A stretch of DNA of 29,942 nucleotides from Candidatus Bathyarchaeia archaeon (GCA_037481775.1 JBBFKZ010000018.1:1-29942); one strand, 5' to 3'. Positions 9,225-18,609 are shown, counted from the first letter of the stretch. Numbers and translations: made by a program. Notes: a model not told the origin generated them from the sequence alone.

Positions 9225-10088
9225 CTAGTTTTTAGGCGTTGCCTTCTCCACTGCATTATTTAAACTCAGCATTTCCATGTGCGCCTTTCTAACAAGATCT
9301 GCAATGGTTTCTTTCGTAGGCACTGCTGCACTTAGCGCAAGCGCAAAGGCTTTCTGATGGGCAATCTGCAAAAGCAAGGTTATGTTCTCAGCTGTTGGGT
9401 AAGCTATGCTCAAGGACAAAGCGAATGCTTCGCCGTGGCCTTGCTCCAAACTTTTGCGTGCTGCGTCAATGTCAATTTTAAGTTGCTCGCCGTCTATCAA
9501 TACGCCCTCGTCTAAAATTACCTTCATCGACAAGCCAGCTTCAACTGCTTTGATTCCGAGCTTCGAGAGGACACCTGCAAGTCTCTCCGATATTTGCTCG
9601 CCTTTCTTGACCACCAACGTATCTTTGCTTATCCAGACGCTTCCAGATTCTATTCTTGTGGGCAAGCCAACAGAATTCAACTGGCTTATTATCGGCCCCG
9701 GCGGCTGCCCAGTGTTTCCAGCTGGAATAACAACATCCATGGCAGCGATGTCGCCGGCTTTAGCTATTGTCTTGACCTTGCCGCGCTCAAGAAGAAGAGC
9801 CAACTTGAATGGGTTGAGATTAGTGAACAAAAAGAGGTTTGGACCCTCTAGGTACTTCTCAAGCTGTTTCAAGTCTTCACGCTTAGTATTTTCGATGGCA
9901 ATTTTCGTTAGCGTATTCTTTAAAACTTTCATGTAAACTTTGCCGGCTAAACTTTTCTTCAGTTCTTGAAGTTGCGTGGCACGGACTTTTTGTAAACTGG
10001 CGATTCCTAAGGCTTTGTATTCCATTAGCAAATTCGTTATGGCATCAATCTCGCCGGTTTTTTCTTCCAATACTTGTTGGGAAGGCAT
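9225..10088 (-). CDS. rpl10: 50S ribosomal protein uL10 (P0)
   Basis: KVLKNTL, FLFTNLNPFKL, AKAGDIA, PAGNTGQPPGP, LSKLGI. Confidence 0.96.
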   Translation of the reverse strand: MPSQQVLEEKTGEIDAITNLLMEYKALGIASLQKVRATQLQELKKSLAGKVYMKVLKNTLTKIAIENTKREDLKQLEKYLEGPNLFLFTNLNPFKLALLLERGKVKTIAKAGDIAAMDVVIPAGNTGQPPGPIISQLNSVGLPTRIESGSVWISKDTLVVKKGEQISERLAGVLSKLGIKAVEAGLSMKVILDEGVLIDGEQLKIDIDAARKSLEQGHGEAFALSLSIAYPTAENITLLLQIAHQKAFALALSAAVPTKETIADLVRKAHMEMLSLNNAVEKATPKN

Positions 10089-10102
10089 AGGTATCCACTC
10101 TG

Positions 10103-10753
10103 TTAAGGAGTAATTTTTACTGGTTCACCCATGGATGTTTTTATGTAAGCAACTTTGACGTGTTTGAGGCCCCGCTTAAGTTTTCCTTCAACAACCCTTA
10201 AGACTGCTTGAATGTTGTCAACAAGCGCGTCGTCTGGCATATCTTCGGTTCCGATGGGACATTGGATTATGGGCTGATTGCGCATTTTTACAACTACTGT
10301 CTTGCGTTGCTTGAGTATTAGGCTTGCAATGTCCGCGTTTGGTGGAACAGGCACGGGGAGCTTTCCACGCGGACCCAAGACAGGCCCTAAAATCTTGCCG
10401 ACAAGCGGCATCAATGGAGCCTCGGAGATAAATACGTCGTAGTCAGAGGCTATTTTCCGCAGTTCTTTTTTCTTTCCGGCCAGCGCGTCAAGGTCTGGTT
10501 TTTCAATAACAAAATCTGCCTTGGCGTTCCGTGCTTTAAGCGCTAATTCGCCAGAGGCGATGACGCATATTTTGTTTGGTTTTCCCGTAGCGTGAGGAAG
10601 TTCGAGAACTTGCTGTATTTTGCCTTCAGGAGCTTTCATATCAACTTCTTTGAGATTTAGAATCAAATCTATTGTTTGTGTAAATTTTTTCCCTCCAGAT
10701 TTTGCCTTCGCCTCTTTAACGGCGTCTAACAGCGATTTCTTGTCCAAGGGCAT
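10103..10753 (-). CDS. rpl1: 50S ribosomal protein uL1
   Basis: KFTQTIDLILNL, ELPH, LGPVLGPRGK, IKTSMG. Confidence 0.97.
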   Translation of the reverse strand: MPLDKKSLLDAVKEAKAKSGGKKFTQTIDLILNLKEVDMKAPEGKIQQVLELPHATGKPNKICVIASGELALKARNAKADFVIEKPDLDALAGKKKELRKIASDYDVFISEAPLMPLVGKILGPVLGPRGKLPVPVPPNADIASLILKQRKTVVVKMRNQPIIQCPIGTEDMPDDALVDNIQAVLRVVEGKLKRGLKHVKVAYIKTSMGEPVKITP

Positions 10754-10806
10754 CTTTTGAGCCTCGTGCCAATGATGAGACAGAACCCAATTATAAAAAT
10801 ATTCGC

Positions 10807-11301
10807 TTATTCTTCGCCTTTACTGAACAATTCCGCGTATTTACCTTCGTCAATTTCAGATTGCACTTCACGCGGGTCCTTGCCCTCAACTGTCACGCCC
10901 ATGCTGACGCAGGTGCCTAGAACTTCCTTCGCGGCACTCTTCAAAGTTGACGCTAACAGTTCTTGACGCTTGATTTTTGCTATGCGAAGCACTTGTTCCA
11001 TAGTAAGGTTGCCTACTTTCGTTGTGCTTGGCGCTCCTGAGCCTTTCTCGATTTTCAACTCGCTTACAATCAGCGCTGAAGTCGTCGGCGTACCAACAGT
11101 AACCTCGAAGGTTTTGGTTTCAACATCAACCGCCACTTTCACTGGAACCTTCATGCCAGCGTAATCTTTCGTAAGCTCATTGATCTTGTTCACAACAGCC
11201 ATTGTGTTAATGCCTAAAGGTCCCAGTGCAGGACCCAGCGGCGGCCCTGCAGTTGCTTGTCCTCCGCTTACAAGTAATTCTACAATTTTTTTCTCAGCCA
11301 T
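10807..11301 (-). CDS. rpl11: 50S ribosomal protein uL11
   Basis: [26 protein letters not shown]. Confidence 0.97.
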   Translation of the reverse strand: MAEKKIVELLVSGGQATAGPPLGPALGPLGINTMAVVNKINELTKDYAGMKVPVKVAVDVETKTFEVTVGTPTTSALIVSELKIEKGSGAPSTTKVGNLTMEQVLRIAKIKRQELLASTLKSAAKEVLGTCVSMGVTVEGKDPREVQSEIDEGKYAELFSKGEE

Positions 11302-11789
11302 TATGCTTCACCAGCCTTTTTTGCTCTTTCAACTAGTTTAACGTAATCTGAATGAACCGTGATTGGCAAGGTAAACGTGGCTTCTAGCAGTTCAAGCGTA
11401 ACCTCGCCTTTAGACTTATCTAGCCGCGTAATTTTTGCGCGCATTCCTTTGAATGGGCCACCAGTTATTTCCACTACATCATCTTCATTCAAGTCTTCAA
11501 GAACAGGCTTTCGGACGATGTAACGTTCGATTTCGTTAAAGTTCACTAAACCTGGAATACGTGAGCGTACATGCCTTATTCCAGTTATGGCTTCTTCCAC
11601 GAAATGCGGACCGTCAGCCTCAACAAAAACGTAGCCTTTCAGGGCTTCAGGAACGAGAATGGCCTTTATGGGAATGTGCTCCATTTCCACCTTCGCCGCT
11701 ACGAGCCTTGCCACATTACGCTCTTGCCCAGTTGTTGTTTTAACAACGAAAATTTTCGTCTGAGCCTGTTCCTCGTTCTTTTTCTCCAT
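11301..11789 (-). CDS. spt5: Transcription elongation factor Spt5 (NusG)
   Basis: NGN domain ([14 protein letters not shown]) and KOW motif [10 protein letters not shown]. Confidence 0.96.
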   Translation of the reverse strand: MEKKNEEQAQTKIFVVKTTTGQERNVARLVAAKVEMEHIPIKAILVPEALKGYVFVEADGPHFVEEAITGIRHVRSRIPGLVNFNEIERYIVRKPVLEDLNEDDVVEITGGPFKGMRAKITRLDKSKGEVTLELLEATFTLPITVHSDYVKLVERAKKAGEA

Positions 11790-11802
11790 AAACTTCTTCC
11801 TT

Positions 11803-11991
11803 CTATGATGCAGGTACGGCCGTGGCGCCGCCTAATGCGAACGAAAGTAACTTAATTATGAAACCGATTAGGCCAATAGCGCCTATGCCTAGGAAGCTGA
11901 TTTTTAAAGATAGCCAAAGCTCATCTTTCCCAGGCTTCACTGCTAACTTTAAGGTTCTCGCGCATTGTGATAGAAACGATTTTACACCCAT
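11803..11991 (-). CDS. secE: Protein translocase subunit SecE / Sec61-gamma
   Basis: RTLKLAVKPGKDE followed by one TM helix GxIGxIGF; conserved position upstream of spt5. Confidence 0.9.
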   Translation of the reverse strand: MGVKSFLSQCARTLKLAVKPGKDELWLSLKISFLGIGAIGLIGFIIKLLSFALGGATAVPAS

Positions 11992-12076
11992 ATTTACCGC
12001 ACACTCAAGATTTCATTAAGGAATAATAAACGTTACTGTGATTTTAGGGGTTTAACAGCTAACTGCGCGGAGTTTA

Positions 12077-12901
12077 TTAAATTTTCTTGTATTGAAGCCC
12101 GATTTCTTGCAGTGCCGCCAGCAGTTGCGGCTTGTCTGCGCTTTTTATGCCTTTCCAATCAAGAACCGCACAATCGACTTTTTCCACGGTCTTTTCCACA
12201 CATTGGCGGAGCATCTCGGCGTCCACTAATGGAACCGCGTATTTTGGAATCATATGACCGAAAACCGCTTCGTCACTCAAAGCCATGCGTGTGAAACGTT
12301 CATTATAATGTGTACCGCCTATGCCCAAAACCGCCTTTTTCTCGGAAACACCGAATTTGCCAATAGCTGACATGGCAGCATGCGCAACCGCTTCCGCCGC
12401 TTTCAAATCACGCCATTGCTGCGGCGAACTACCCAGCTCAACAAACATCGTCGGCGCGTTGAGTGACGGCCCATGGTGCGTGCATTCGTAGCTTACCTCA
12501 TACTCAAGCTGCATGCCCTCCTTGAAGTAGGAGAGCGCCTTTAGCGCGTCGCACATGGCGACGGCAGGTGAAATAGACAATTGCCGTGGCAAGCCGCCCA
12601 ATTCCGCTTCGCCAAAGTTTCCCGGAGTATGCGCCGAAAGCGTGGGTTTGCCGCTTGTGCTGCTGTGCCGCGAGATGAAGACGATCAGGCTTGGATTAGG
12701 AAAGCTGCCGGTTAGGTACTGCGCGTTTACGGCCTCTTCACGGAGTATAATGAGGTTAACCTCTTTCTTGTTTACAATTGTTGAATAAATGGGGTTTCCT
12801 TGGAAAGCTTGACCCACCGGCTTAAAGGGATAATGCTCCAAGACTTGGCGTGCTATGGTTAAACTTGCAACATCCTTAAGTGAAGCCACAAGCAGGATCA
12901 T
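12077..12901 (-). CDS. dtdA: D-aminoacyl-tRNA deacylase (DTD2/GEK1 type)
   Basis: FISRHSS, LSAHTPGN, YECTHHGPS, FVELGS, GIGGTHY, GHMIPKY. Confidence 0.93.
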   Translation of the reverse strand: MILLVASLKDVASLTIARQVLEHYPFKPVGQAFQGNPIYSTIVNKKEVNLIILREEAVNAQYLTGSFPNPSLIVFISRHSSTSGKPTLSAHTPGNFGEAELGGLPRQLSISPAVAMCDALKALSYFKEGMQLEYEVSYECTHHGPSLNAPTMFVELGSSPQQWRDLKAAEAVAHAAMSAIGKFGVSEKKAVLGIGGTHYNERFTRMALSDEAVFGHMIPKYAVPLVDAEMLRQCVEKTVEKVDCAVLDWKGIKSADKPQLLAALQEIGLQYKKI

Positions 12902-13003
12902 GCGGAAGCCTTCGCATTAAAGACGCGACCTAGAGAGAAAAAGGTTTCCATAAAGCTTATTTGCCAAGCGCTGCTTCAACCTTTCTGCGAGAGACGAGGG
13001 AAA

Positions 13004-13915
13004 ATGCATTTACTCAACTTTAAAGAGTTATCGCCTGAGCAGCTTACTGAGCTAATAGATTTAGGCATTGAGGTTAAGCGCAACCCTGAGAAATATCGCA
13101 AAGCATTGGACGCCAAGTCGCTGGCGCTGATTTTCCAGAAAACCAGCACACGCACCCGGGTTGCGTTTGAAGTAGCTATGACGCAGCTCGGCGGGCACGC
13201 ACTATACATCGACTGGCGAACCACGAACTTCACTTTGGCGGATATTTACGACGAAACAAAATATTTGTCGCGTAATGTGGATGGCATAATGGCGCGGCTA
13301 CTGCGGCACGTTGACCTGCAGCGCATGGCAGAAGCATCTGCGGTGCCAGTAATTAATGGCTGCGACGAGAAATATCACCCAACCCAAGCTATTGCCGATT
13401 TAATCACAATAAAGGAGAAGCATGGCAAGCTGAAGGGCGCACAGCTGGTTTTTATAGGCGTGCATAATAACGTGTGCAACTCGCTGATTGAGGGCTGCAC
13501 AAAAACAGGCGTTAAGCTGACCACAGTGACGCCAATAATTAACGAGCAGGCGCGTGATGAGGAGCTTATGCAGGCGGCTAAGAAGACGGGGCTGTGGCAA
13601 ACCACGCTAGACGCGAAAGAGGCAGTGGCGGATGCGGATTTCGTTTACACTGACACATGGATTGACATGGAATTCTTCACTGACTCCAAATTTGCGGCGG
13701 AGAAGGAGAAGCGCATGAAGCAGATGATGCCCTATCAGGTTAACAAGGCGCTGATGAAGAGCAGCAACGCGTACATTATGCATGACATGCCCATACACAG
13801 AGGCTTCGAAATAAGTGCTGACATAATCGAAGACAAGCGCTCAGTAATTTACGAGCAAGCAGAAAACAGACTATACTCAGCAAAAGCAATACTACTAAAA
13901 CTAATATCTACTTAA
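13004..13915 (+). CDS. argF: Ornithine carbamoyltransferase (variant motifs)
   Basis: FQKTSTRTR and HPTQ carbamoyl-phosphate motifs, YTDTW, QAENR. Has HDMP in place of HCLP. Confidence 0.85.
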   Translation: MHLLNFKELSPEQLTELIDLGIEVKRNPEKYRKALDAKSLALIFQKTSTRTRVAFEVAMTQLGGHALYIDWRTTNFTLADIYDETKYLSRNVDGIMARLLRHVDLQRMAEASAVPVINGCDEKYHPTQAIADLITIKEKHGKLKGAQLVFIGVHNNVCNSLIEGCTKTGVKLTTVTPIINEQARDEELMQAAKKTGLWQTTLDAKEAVADADFVYTDTWIDMEFFTDSKFAAEKEKRMKQMMPYQVNKALMKSSNAYIMHDMPIHRGFEISADIIEDKRSVIYEQAENRLYSAKAILLKLIST

Positions 13916-13966
13916 ACAAGGAAAAAGTTTGACTTGTTTTTAAAGTTTTTAGTTCTACTGATGCAA

Positions 13967-14249
13967 TCAAATTATGGAGTAGCCTTTAGTGTAAAAGTTT
14001 GCTTCAAAAATTTGTTTTGAACAACTTGCTGCAACGTAGGTTCTACTCAGAATTATATGTCCAACAATTTTACCATTTTCTTCTGTTATCAGTGCAAGTT
14101 CAGGAATGTAGCTGACGCTGGCACGGAGACGATTAAACATAATTTTGTTCGTTACCATTAGACACTTTAGCCGTTTCGAAAGCAGTCTTCACAAGATTGT
14201 AAATATTAAAGCACTCTGCGGACTGTTCTTGCCTGATATTCAGCTGCAC
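13967..14249 (-). pseudogene. Frameshifted and truncated GNAT N-acetyltransferase (COG3153/YhbS-like)
   Basis: GTG at 14249 gives MQLNIRQEQSAECFNIYNLVKTAFETAKVSNGNEQNYV, then TAA at 14135-14133. Removing one T from GTTTAAT joins it to NRLRASVSYIPELALITEENGKIVGHIILSRTY. The acetyl-CoA motif (QxxGxG) is missing. Confidence 0.8.
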
Positions 14250-14278
14250 ATGACCCAGCTAAATGAGCAAAGTATGTT

Positions 14279-15184
14279 TTAACGTAGTATCATATTAACG
14301 AATTTTTCTGGGTTAAACAGTTCCAAATCCTTGTACGCTTGTCCCACACCGATGAATAGTATGGGTTTTTGCGTCACGTATGTTACACTCAGAGCCGAAC
14401 CGCCCTTTACGTCCGCGTCCACTTTCGTCAGTATTGTCGCGTCTATGCCTATGGCTTTGTGGAATTCTGCAGCCTGAGTGACCGCGTCGTTCCCAATCAG
14501 CGAGTCCACCGTCAGTATCGTCAAGTCAGGTGAAACAACACGCTTCACCTTCGCCAGCTCATTCATCAGGTTCTGGTTGGTCTGCATCCGACCAGCCGTA
14601 TCAATCAGCACAACGTTTATTCCATGCGCCTTAGCGTGACTTATAGCGTCGTATGCGACTGCTGCGGGGTCTGCGCCGTACTTGTGCTTTATGATGCGCA
14701 TGCCAAGGCGTTTCGCGTGTTCCTCCAGTTGCTCTATGGAGCCGGCGCGGTAGGTGTCGCTGCCAGCAAGCACCACGGAGTAGCCTTTCTCACGCAGGAA
14801 AAGGGCGACTTTCGCTATGGTTGTGGTTTTGCCGGTGCCGTTTATGCCTACGAAAAGCAAAACCAGTGGTTCGCCTTTCTTGCGTTTCTCCTCCGCCTTC
14901 TTCAGCAAGTCGATTTTATTGTTTGTGAGCATAACCTCTAGGAGCACTTGGCGCAGGTTCTCTTCCACGATTTTTTTGCGGTCTTCCAAACGCTTGACTT
15001 GCATGCCTACTAAGCGCTTTTGAAGCTCTTCGCAGATGCGGTCAGCCACGGGAAAGGCAACATCGTTCTCGGCGAGAACCATTTTAAAATCTAAGAGTAT
15101 GGAGCTGAGGTTTTCAGCCTTAAGCTCGATTGTGGTGACTTTGGTTACTAAGCCCTTAAAGCCTGACTTAAGCTTCTCAAACAT
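14279..15184 (-). CDS. ftsY: Signal recognition particle receptor FtsY
   Basis: GINGTGKTTT, DTYRAGS, DTAGR, TKVD, KGG, GVGQ. The ATG at 15184 (MFEKLKSG), overlapping the pfdA end, is more plausible than 15217. Confidence 0.96.
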   Translation of the reverse strand: MFEKLKSGFKGLVTKVTTIELKAENLSSILLDFKMVLAENDVAFPVADRICEELQKRLVGMQVKRLEDRKKIVEENLRQVLLEVMLTNNKIDLLKKAEEKRKKGEPLVLLFVGINGTGKTTTIAKVALFLREKGYSVVLAGSDTYRAGSIEQLEEHAKRLGMRIIKHKYGADPAAVAYDAISHAKAHGINVVLIDTAGRMQTNQNLMNELAKVKRVVSPDLTILTVDSLIGNDAVTQAAEFHKAIGIDATILTKVDADVKGGSALSVTYVTQKPILFIGVGQAYKDLELFNPEKFVNMILR

Positions 15185-15629
15185 CGCTTGAAGCTTTCCC
15201 TTCTCGCATTTTTGCAAGTAAACTTTCAGCGCGGTTCCTATCTGCGTTGATTCGCTCAGCTACCTGCGCAAACTGCTGCTGCACCGAATTCAGCGTTTTC
15301 TCCAGCTCTTCTATGCGCTCTTTAACAACGGCTTTTGCTTCCTGCAGTGTTTTCTCAACGGATACGCCCGCGCCGATGCCTACAACAACCTTATCAGGCG
15401 CTGCCAACTTCGCTTTTAAATAAGAGCCTCCGCCTATTGGAACAAGAAGCTCCGTGTCCTCTTTCTCCTTTTCTACACTCTCCAGAGTCATGTTGGCATA
15501 AGACAATTCCGTCATAGCCGCAGTTATCATGCTTATTCGCTGCTGCAGGGTCTCGGCAGTCTGCTCTAAAAGGCGCATTTCAAGACTGAGCCTGCGAAGC
15601 TCCTCTTCCTCTTCGCTTATTTTCGCCAA
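15177..15629 (-). CDS. pfdA: Prefoldin alpha subunit
   Basis: Coiled coils flanking ELLVPIGGGSYLKAKL...VVVGIGAGVSVEK. TTG start. Confidence 0.95.
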   Translation of the reverse strand: MAKISEEEEELRRLSLEMRLLEQTAETLQQRISMITAAMTELSYANMTLESVEKEKEDTELLVPIGGGSYLKAKLAAPDKVVVGIGAGVSVEKTLQEAKAVVKERIEELEKTLNSVQQQFAQVAERINADRNRAESLLAKMREGKASSDV

Positions 15630-15631
15630 GC

Positions 15632-15859
15632 TTATTCCCCAGCCACAATCTTTTTCAAAACAGGATTCTTGATTTCGTCAGCCGGGACTTCCTCAACGCT
15701 TAATATTCGGATATGATATCGTTTGACGCGGTGTTTGCTGCCGATTTCCGCGTAAACTTTCTCAACGGCATGCTCGGCTTTAGCAGCTAACATTTCCTTT
15801 GCGAAGGGAGTCTTCAAATTTGGTTTGTTAATTTCGCCTGTTACTCGGAAAACCTTCAT
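15632..15859 (-). CDS. rpl18a: 50S ribosomal protein eL20 (LX/L18ae)
   Basis: MKVFRVTG...AVEKVYAEIGSKHRVKRYHIRI. Confidence 0.93.
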   Translation of the reverse strand: MKVFRVTGEINKPNLKTPFAKEMLAAKAEHAVEKVYAEIGSKHRVKRYHIRILSVEEVPADEIKNPVLKKIVAGE

Positions 15860-16542
15860 GCTACATCATCTTCCTGCACAACATCCAATGCATTCCCAAT
15901 TATAAACATCTCGGGTCCAGTTGTTAAAGAACCGGCTACTGCGGCGTGGCTATTAGCTATCAAGCCAGTGCCAACGTAGGGTATGCCGCAGTTGATTGTG
16001 CCAACATCCACTGGAACTTTAAAGACGCTTTCCAGAACCTTCCTCTCCTCGTCTTTAAGCAACGGGTGCGCGAGGACGCCCTTGTTGGTTGCCACCGCCA
16101 GAGAACCAACGTATGGCAAGCCGGCAATTTCGGCTGGAACCACATCAACGCCTAAGGTTTCGGCGATTTTGCTTATTTCATGTTCCTTGAAGCGGGGGTC
16201 AACAACCGCTCCATGATCGTTGGCTAGCACCAGATTGCCGTAGGCGGTCTTTTTTGTCTCCATAACCGTTATGTTGCCATCAAAGGACGATTTGATGGCA
16301 GTGAATTCTTCTTCCTTAACTGAGTGAGGCAATAGAATGCCGTTCGAGTTTGCGCAAGCTAGTGCGCCAACCAGCACTGAACCAGCGATGGAAGTGTGAA
16401 TGAGCTTTACTTTTAACCAGTCTGCTGTCCGCTGAGCCTTTCTAAGTGGAACCGCTTTTGGAATTATGACGATTTTATCGTTTGCAAGCGAGTAGACGCC
16501 TATACTTGCGCTTCCAGCGATACTGGACAAGTAAACGGCCAA
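15856..16542 (-). CDS. eif6: Translation initiation factor 6 (aIF6)
   Basis: IGVY, ANSNG, GNLVLANDHGA, VGS, GTINCG, GSLTTGPE pentein repeats. TTG start. Confidence 0.96.
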   Translation of the reverse strand: MAVYLSSIAGSASIGVYSLANDKIVIIPKAVPLRKAQRTADWLKVKLIHTSIAGSVLVGALACANSNGILLPHSVKEEEFTAIKSSFDGNITVMETKKTAYGNLVLANDHGAVVDPRFKEHEISKIAETLGVDVVPAEIAGLPYVGSLAVATNKGVLAHPLLKDEERKVLESVFKVPVDVGTINCGIPYVGTGLIANSHAAVAGSLTTGPEMFIIGNALDVVQEDDVA

Positions 16543-16545
16543 GGA

Positions 16546-17058
16546 TTACTCGCCCTCAGCCAAATAAAGAGTAACATTACCATCCTTGTCTTTAGCAGCA
16601 CGCACCCGAATCTTTCTCGGAGGCTTCTCTATGCCTCTACTCCAAACTCTCTCGTTAACCTCGTTACTTATTACAAGCTTGGGCAATTCTTCCTTTTCCT
16701 CTTCAGCTTCAACAGGTATTTCCAGCTTCATATGCTTAATTATGAATTCTCTAATCAACTGTATAGCCCGCGGAGCTCTTTTCTTAGGCGGCCTAGCCAA
16801 AGCCTTAACCAGCGGAATAGTGTATATTCGCTCTTCAACTATTTCTTCGCCTTCTTCCTTCTTTTTCCGCGGCGTAACCTTTTCTTCTTCCTCAGGCGCC
16901 GCTTCCTCTTCCGCCTCAGCCGTTTCCTCTAGGGGTTCTTCTTCCAGAATTTCTTTAATTTCATCAACGGTCTTCTCTTCACTAACGCTTGCGTCCACTA
17001 CTTCCTCGTCAACCTTTGCTTTAGACGTGTTTTCTTCCGCTTTAGCTTCTTTTACCAT
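16546..17058 (-). CDS. rpl31e: 50S ribosomal protein eL31 with long acidic N-terminal extension
   Basis: ERIYTIPL, KRAPRAI, VNERVWSRGIEKPPRKIRV. Confidence 0.95.
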   Translation of the reverse strand: MVKEAKAEENTSKAKVDEEVVDASVSEEKTVDEIKEILEEEPLEETAEAEEEAAPEEEEKVTPRKKKEEGEEIVEERIYTIPLVKALARPPKKRAPRAIQLIREFIIKHMKLEIPVEAEEEKEELPKLVISNEVNERVWSRGIEKPPRKIRVRAAKDKDGNVTLYLAEGE

Positions 17059-17073
17059 AAGTTACCAACACTC

Positions 17074-17232
17074 CTATGCCTTTATTTTTCGTGTTCTCCA
17101 AGTTCTTCTTCGCTTAGGGTTCGTCCTAACTTTCCCGTCGGTGCGCACAATAACCCATGTTGGAACGGCCTTTTTCTGCTTATTAGCCTTAGCCAATCTG
17201 CGTTTTTTAGCCGGAGGTTTAACTCGCGCCAT
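17074..17232 (-). CDS. rpl39e: 50S ribosomal protein eL39
   Basis: Below the ORF-track cutoff; hand translation [52 protein letters not shown] (52 aa). Canonical position between PDCD5 and eL31. Confidence 0.95.
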   Translation of the reverse strand: MARVKPPAKKRRLAKANKQKKAVPTWVIVRTDGKVRTNPKRRRTWRTRKIKA

Positions 17233-17234
17233 AC

Positions 17235-17564
17235 TTACACCCTTCTAATTTTTGTCTCTCGCTTCCGAGATTGAAGCTGAATTAATATTTGTTTCAGTTG
17301 GGCATCTGACAACGGTATGGGCAACTTGCCCACCTGCGCCAACTGTATCAACTGAAGCTCGAGTTGCTCAGCGAATTCAGGCTTAACCATCTTCAAGTTG
17401 GTCAGCCTCTGGCGAGCTTCAGGCGAAAGAATCTGCCGCAGTAATGCTTGCTTCTGCGCTTCCAATTGCTGCTCTACTTGCGCTTGCCTCTGTTCATCAC
17501 TCATTTTTTGCTGTAGAGCCAAAAGTTTTCTTCTACGAATCGCCTCAAGCTCTTCATCCGACAT
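17235..17564 (-). CDS. DNA-binding protein, PDCD5 family
   Basis: [32 protein letters not shown]. Confidence 0.93.
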   Translation of the reverse strand: MSDEELEAIRRRKLLALQQKMSDEQRQAQVEQQLEAQKQALLRQILSPEARQRLTNLKMVKPEFAEQLELQLIQLAQVGKLPIPLSDAQLKQILIQLQSRKRETKIRRV

Positions 17565-17566
17565 CC

Positions 17567-18031
17567 TTAGTCGCCTTTGTATTTCTTGAGTTCGGGAATA
17601 GTTTTCGCTAACTCTTTATGCAAATCCTCAGCTATCTCCTGAAGAAGCTTACGTCCCTTCGGAGTTAAGATTCTTCCGCGAGGACGCGTGGTTTGAACTA
17701 AGCCAGCTGTTTCAAGTTGCTGAAGGATTTTTCTAATGTTGCTTCCGCCAGCTTTTACAACATGCTCAGGTTTAACGCCGAAATCTTTTCTTCCACCATA
17801 TGCAGAGCGCAGTTTTTCTAGCCCTACAGGACCATGAACATAGACTTTACGCAATATTGAAGCGCTACGTATGTACCACCAGTTGGGGTTTTGCGGATGC
17901 TTTTCCACGTGAGCACCAGTTTTAGCAAGGCTTGCCCATGCTGGAGGCTGCACTTCATCAATGTTCTCTTTTAGATATTTGGCTAGTTTTTCGATGAATT
18001 TGGATGCTGGGACATCGTATGGAGTTGTCAA
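17567..18031 (-). CDS. rps19e: 30S ribosomal protein eS19
   Basis: YDVP, PAWA..AKTG, WWYIRSASILRK, YGGRK, ILQQLE. TTG start. Confidence 0.97.
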   Translation of the reverse strand: MTTPYDVPASKFIEKLAKYLKENIDEVQPPAWASLAKTGAHVEKHPQNPNWWYIRSASILRKVYVHGPVGLEKLRSAYGGRKDFGVKPEHVVKAGGSNIRKILQQLETAGLVQTTRPRGRILTPKGRKLLQEIAEDLHKELAKTIPELKKYKGD

Positions 18032-18220
18032 GATGCTTGTTCCCTTTTAATTTTTCCTTGCAGTAAAATCATTAAGCCTAATATAAATATTCTCTGGAAG
18101 GAGACATGTTCCAAAAAGGGATAAATCCCCAATTGCGGATGGAGCGCATACTAATTGCAACAGCAATTCAGAAGACATAAAAGCAACTGCAGGATAATCT
18201 GAAGAAGCGGTGAATTAGGT

Positions 18221-18481
18221 ATGAAGCCTAAAATTACTAAAGCAACTGAAAAAGAACGTCAGGAAGCAAAAAATTGGCCTACCTGGGAAAAAGAAGAATC
18301 CACATTCCCATGGGAGTATGACGAACAAGAGAAATGTCTAATTCTAGAGGGAAAAGCTGTCGTGCACACGCCCGAAGGAAAATTCGAGTTCGGCGCAGGC
18401 GACTATGTAGTGTTTCCCAAAGGGCTTAAGTGCACATGGGAAATTAAGCAGAAAATCAGAAAACACTACAATTTTGGCTAA
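18221..18481 (+). CDS. Small cupin-fold protein (DUF861/EutQ-like)
   Basis: WPTWEKEESTFPWEYDEQEKCLILEG...FGAGDYVVFPKGLKCTW...IRKHY. Confidence 0.88.
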   Translation: MKPKITKATEKERQEAKNWPTWEKEESTFPWEYDEQEKCLILEGKAVVHTPEGKFEFGAGDYVVFPKGLKCTWEIKQKIRKHYNFG

Positions 18482-18516
18482 AAAGAAGCACCCTTTTTTA
18501 GGCGAAAAAGCGTTAA

Positions 18517-18539
18517 TTGCCGCGTTTTAAGCGCGGTAA
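18517..18539 (+). terminator. Hairpin downstream of the cupin gene
   Basis: TTGCCGCG-ttttaag-CGCGGTAA followed by T-rich tracts. Confidence 0.4.
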
Positions 18540-18609
18540 GCACCTTTTAATTTTATAACAACCTTTTTAGGCTGCTTGCGTCATCATAAAGTAAGGAAGA
18601 AAAATAAAA

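Noticed and set aside
9406-9936. 176-aa plus-strand ORF
   Set aside because: Antisense to uL10.
16586-17248. 220-aa Ser-rich plus-strand ORF
   Set aside because: Antisense to the Glu-rich eL31 and to eL39; the Ser runs mirror GAA/GAG codons.
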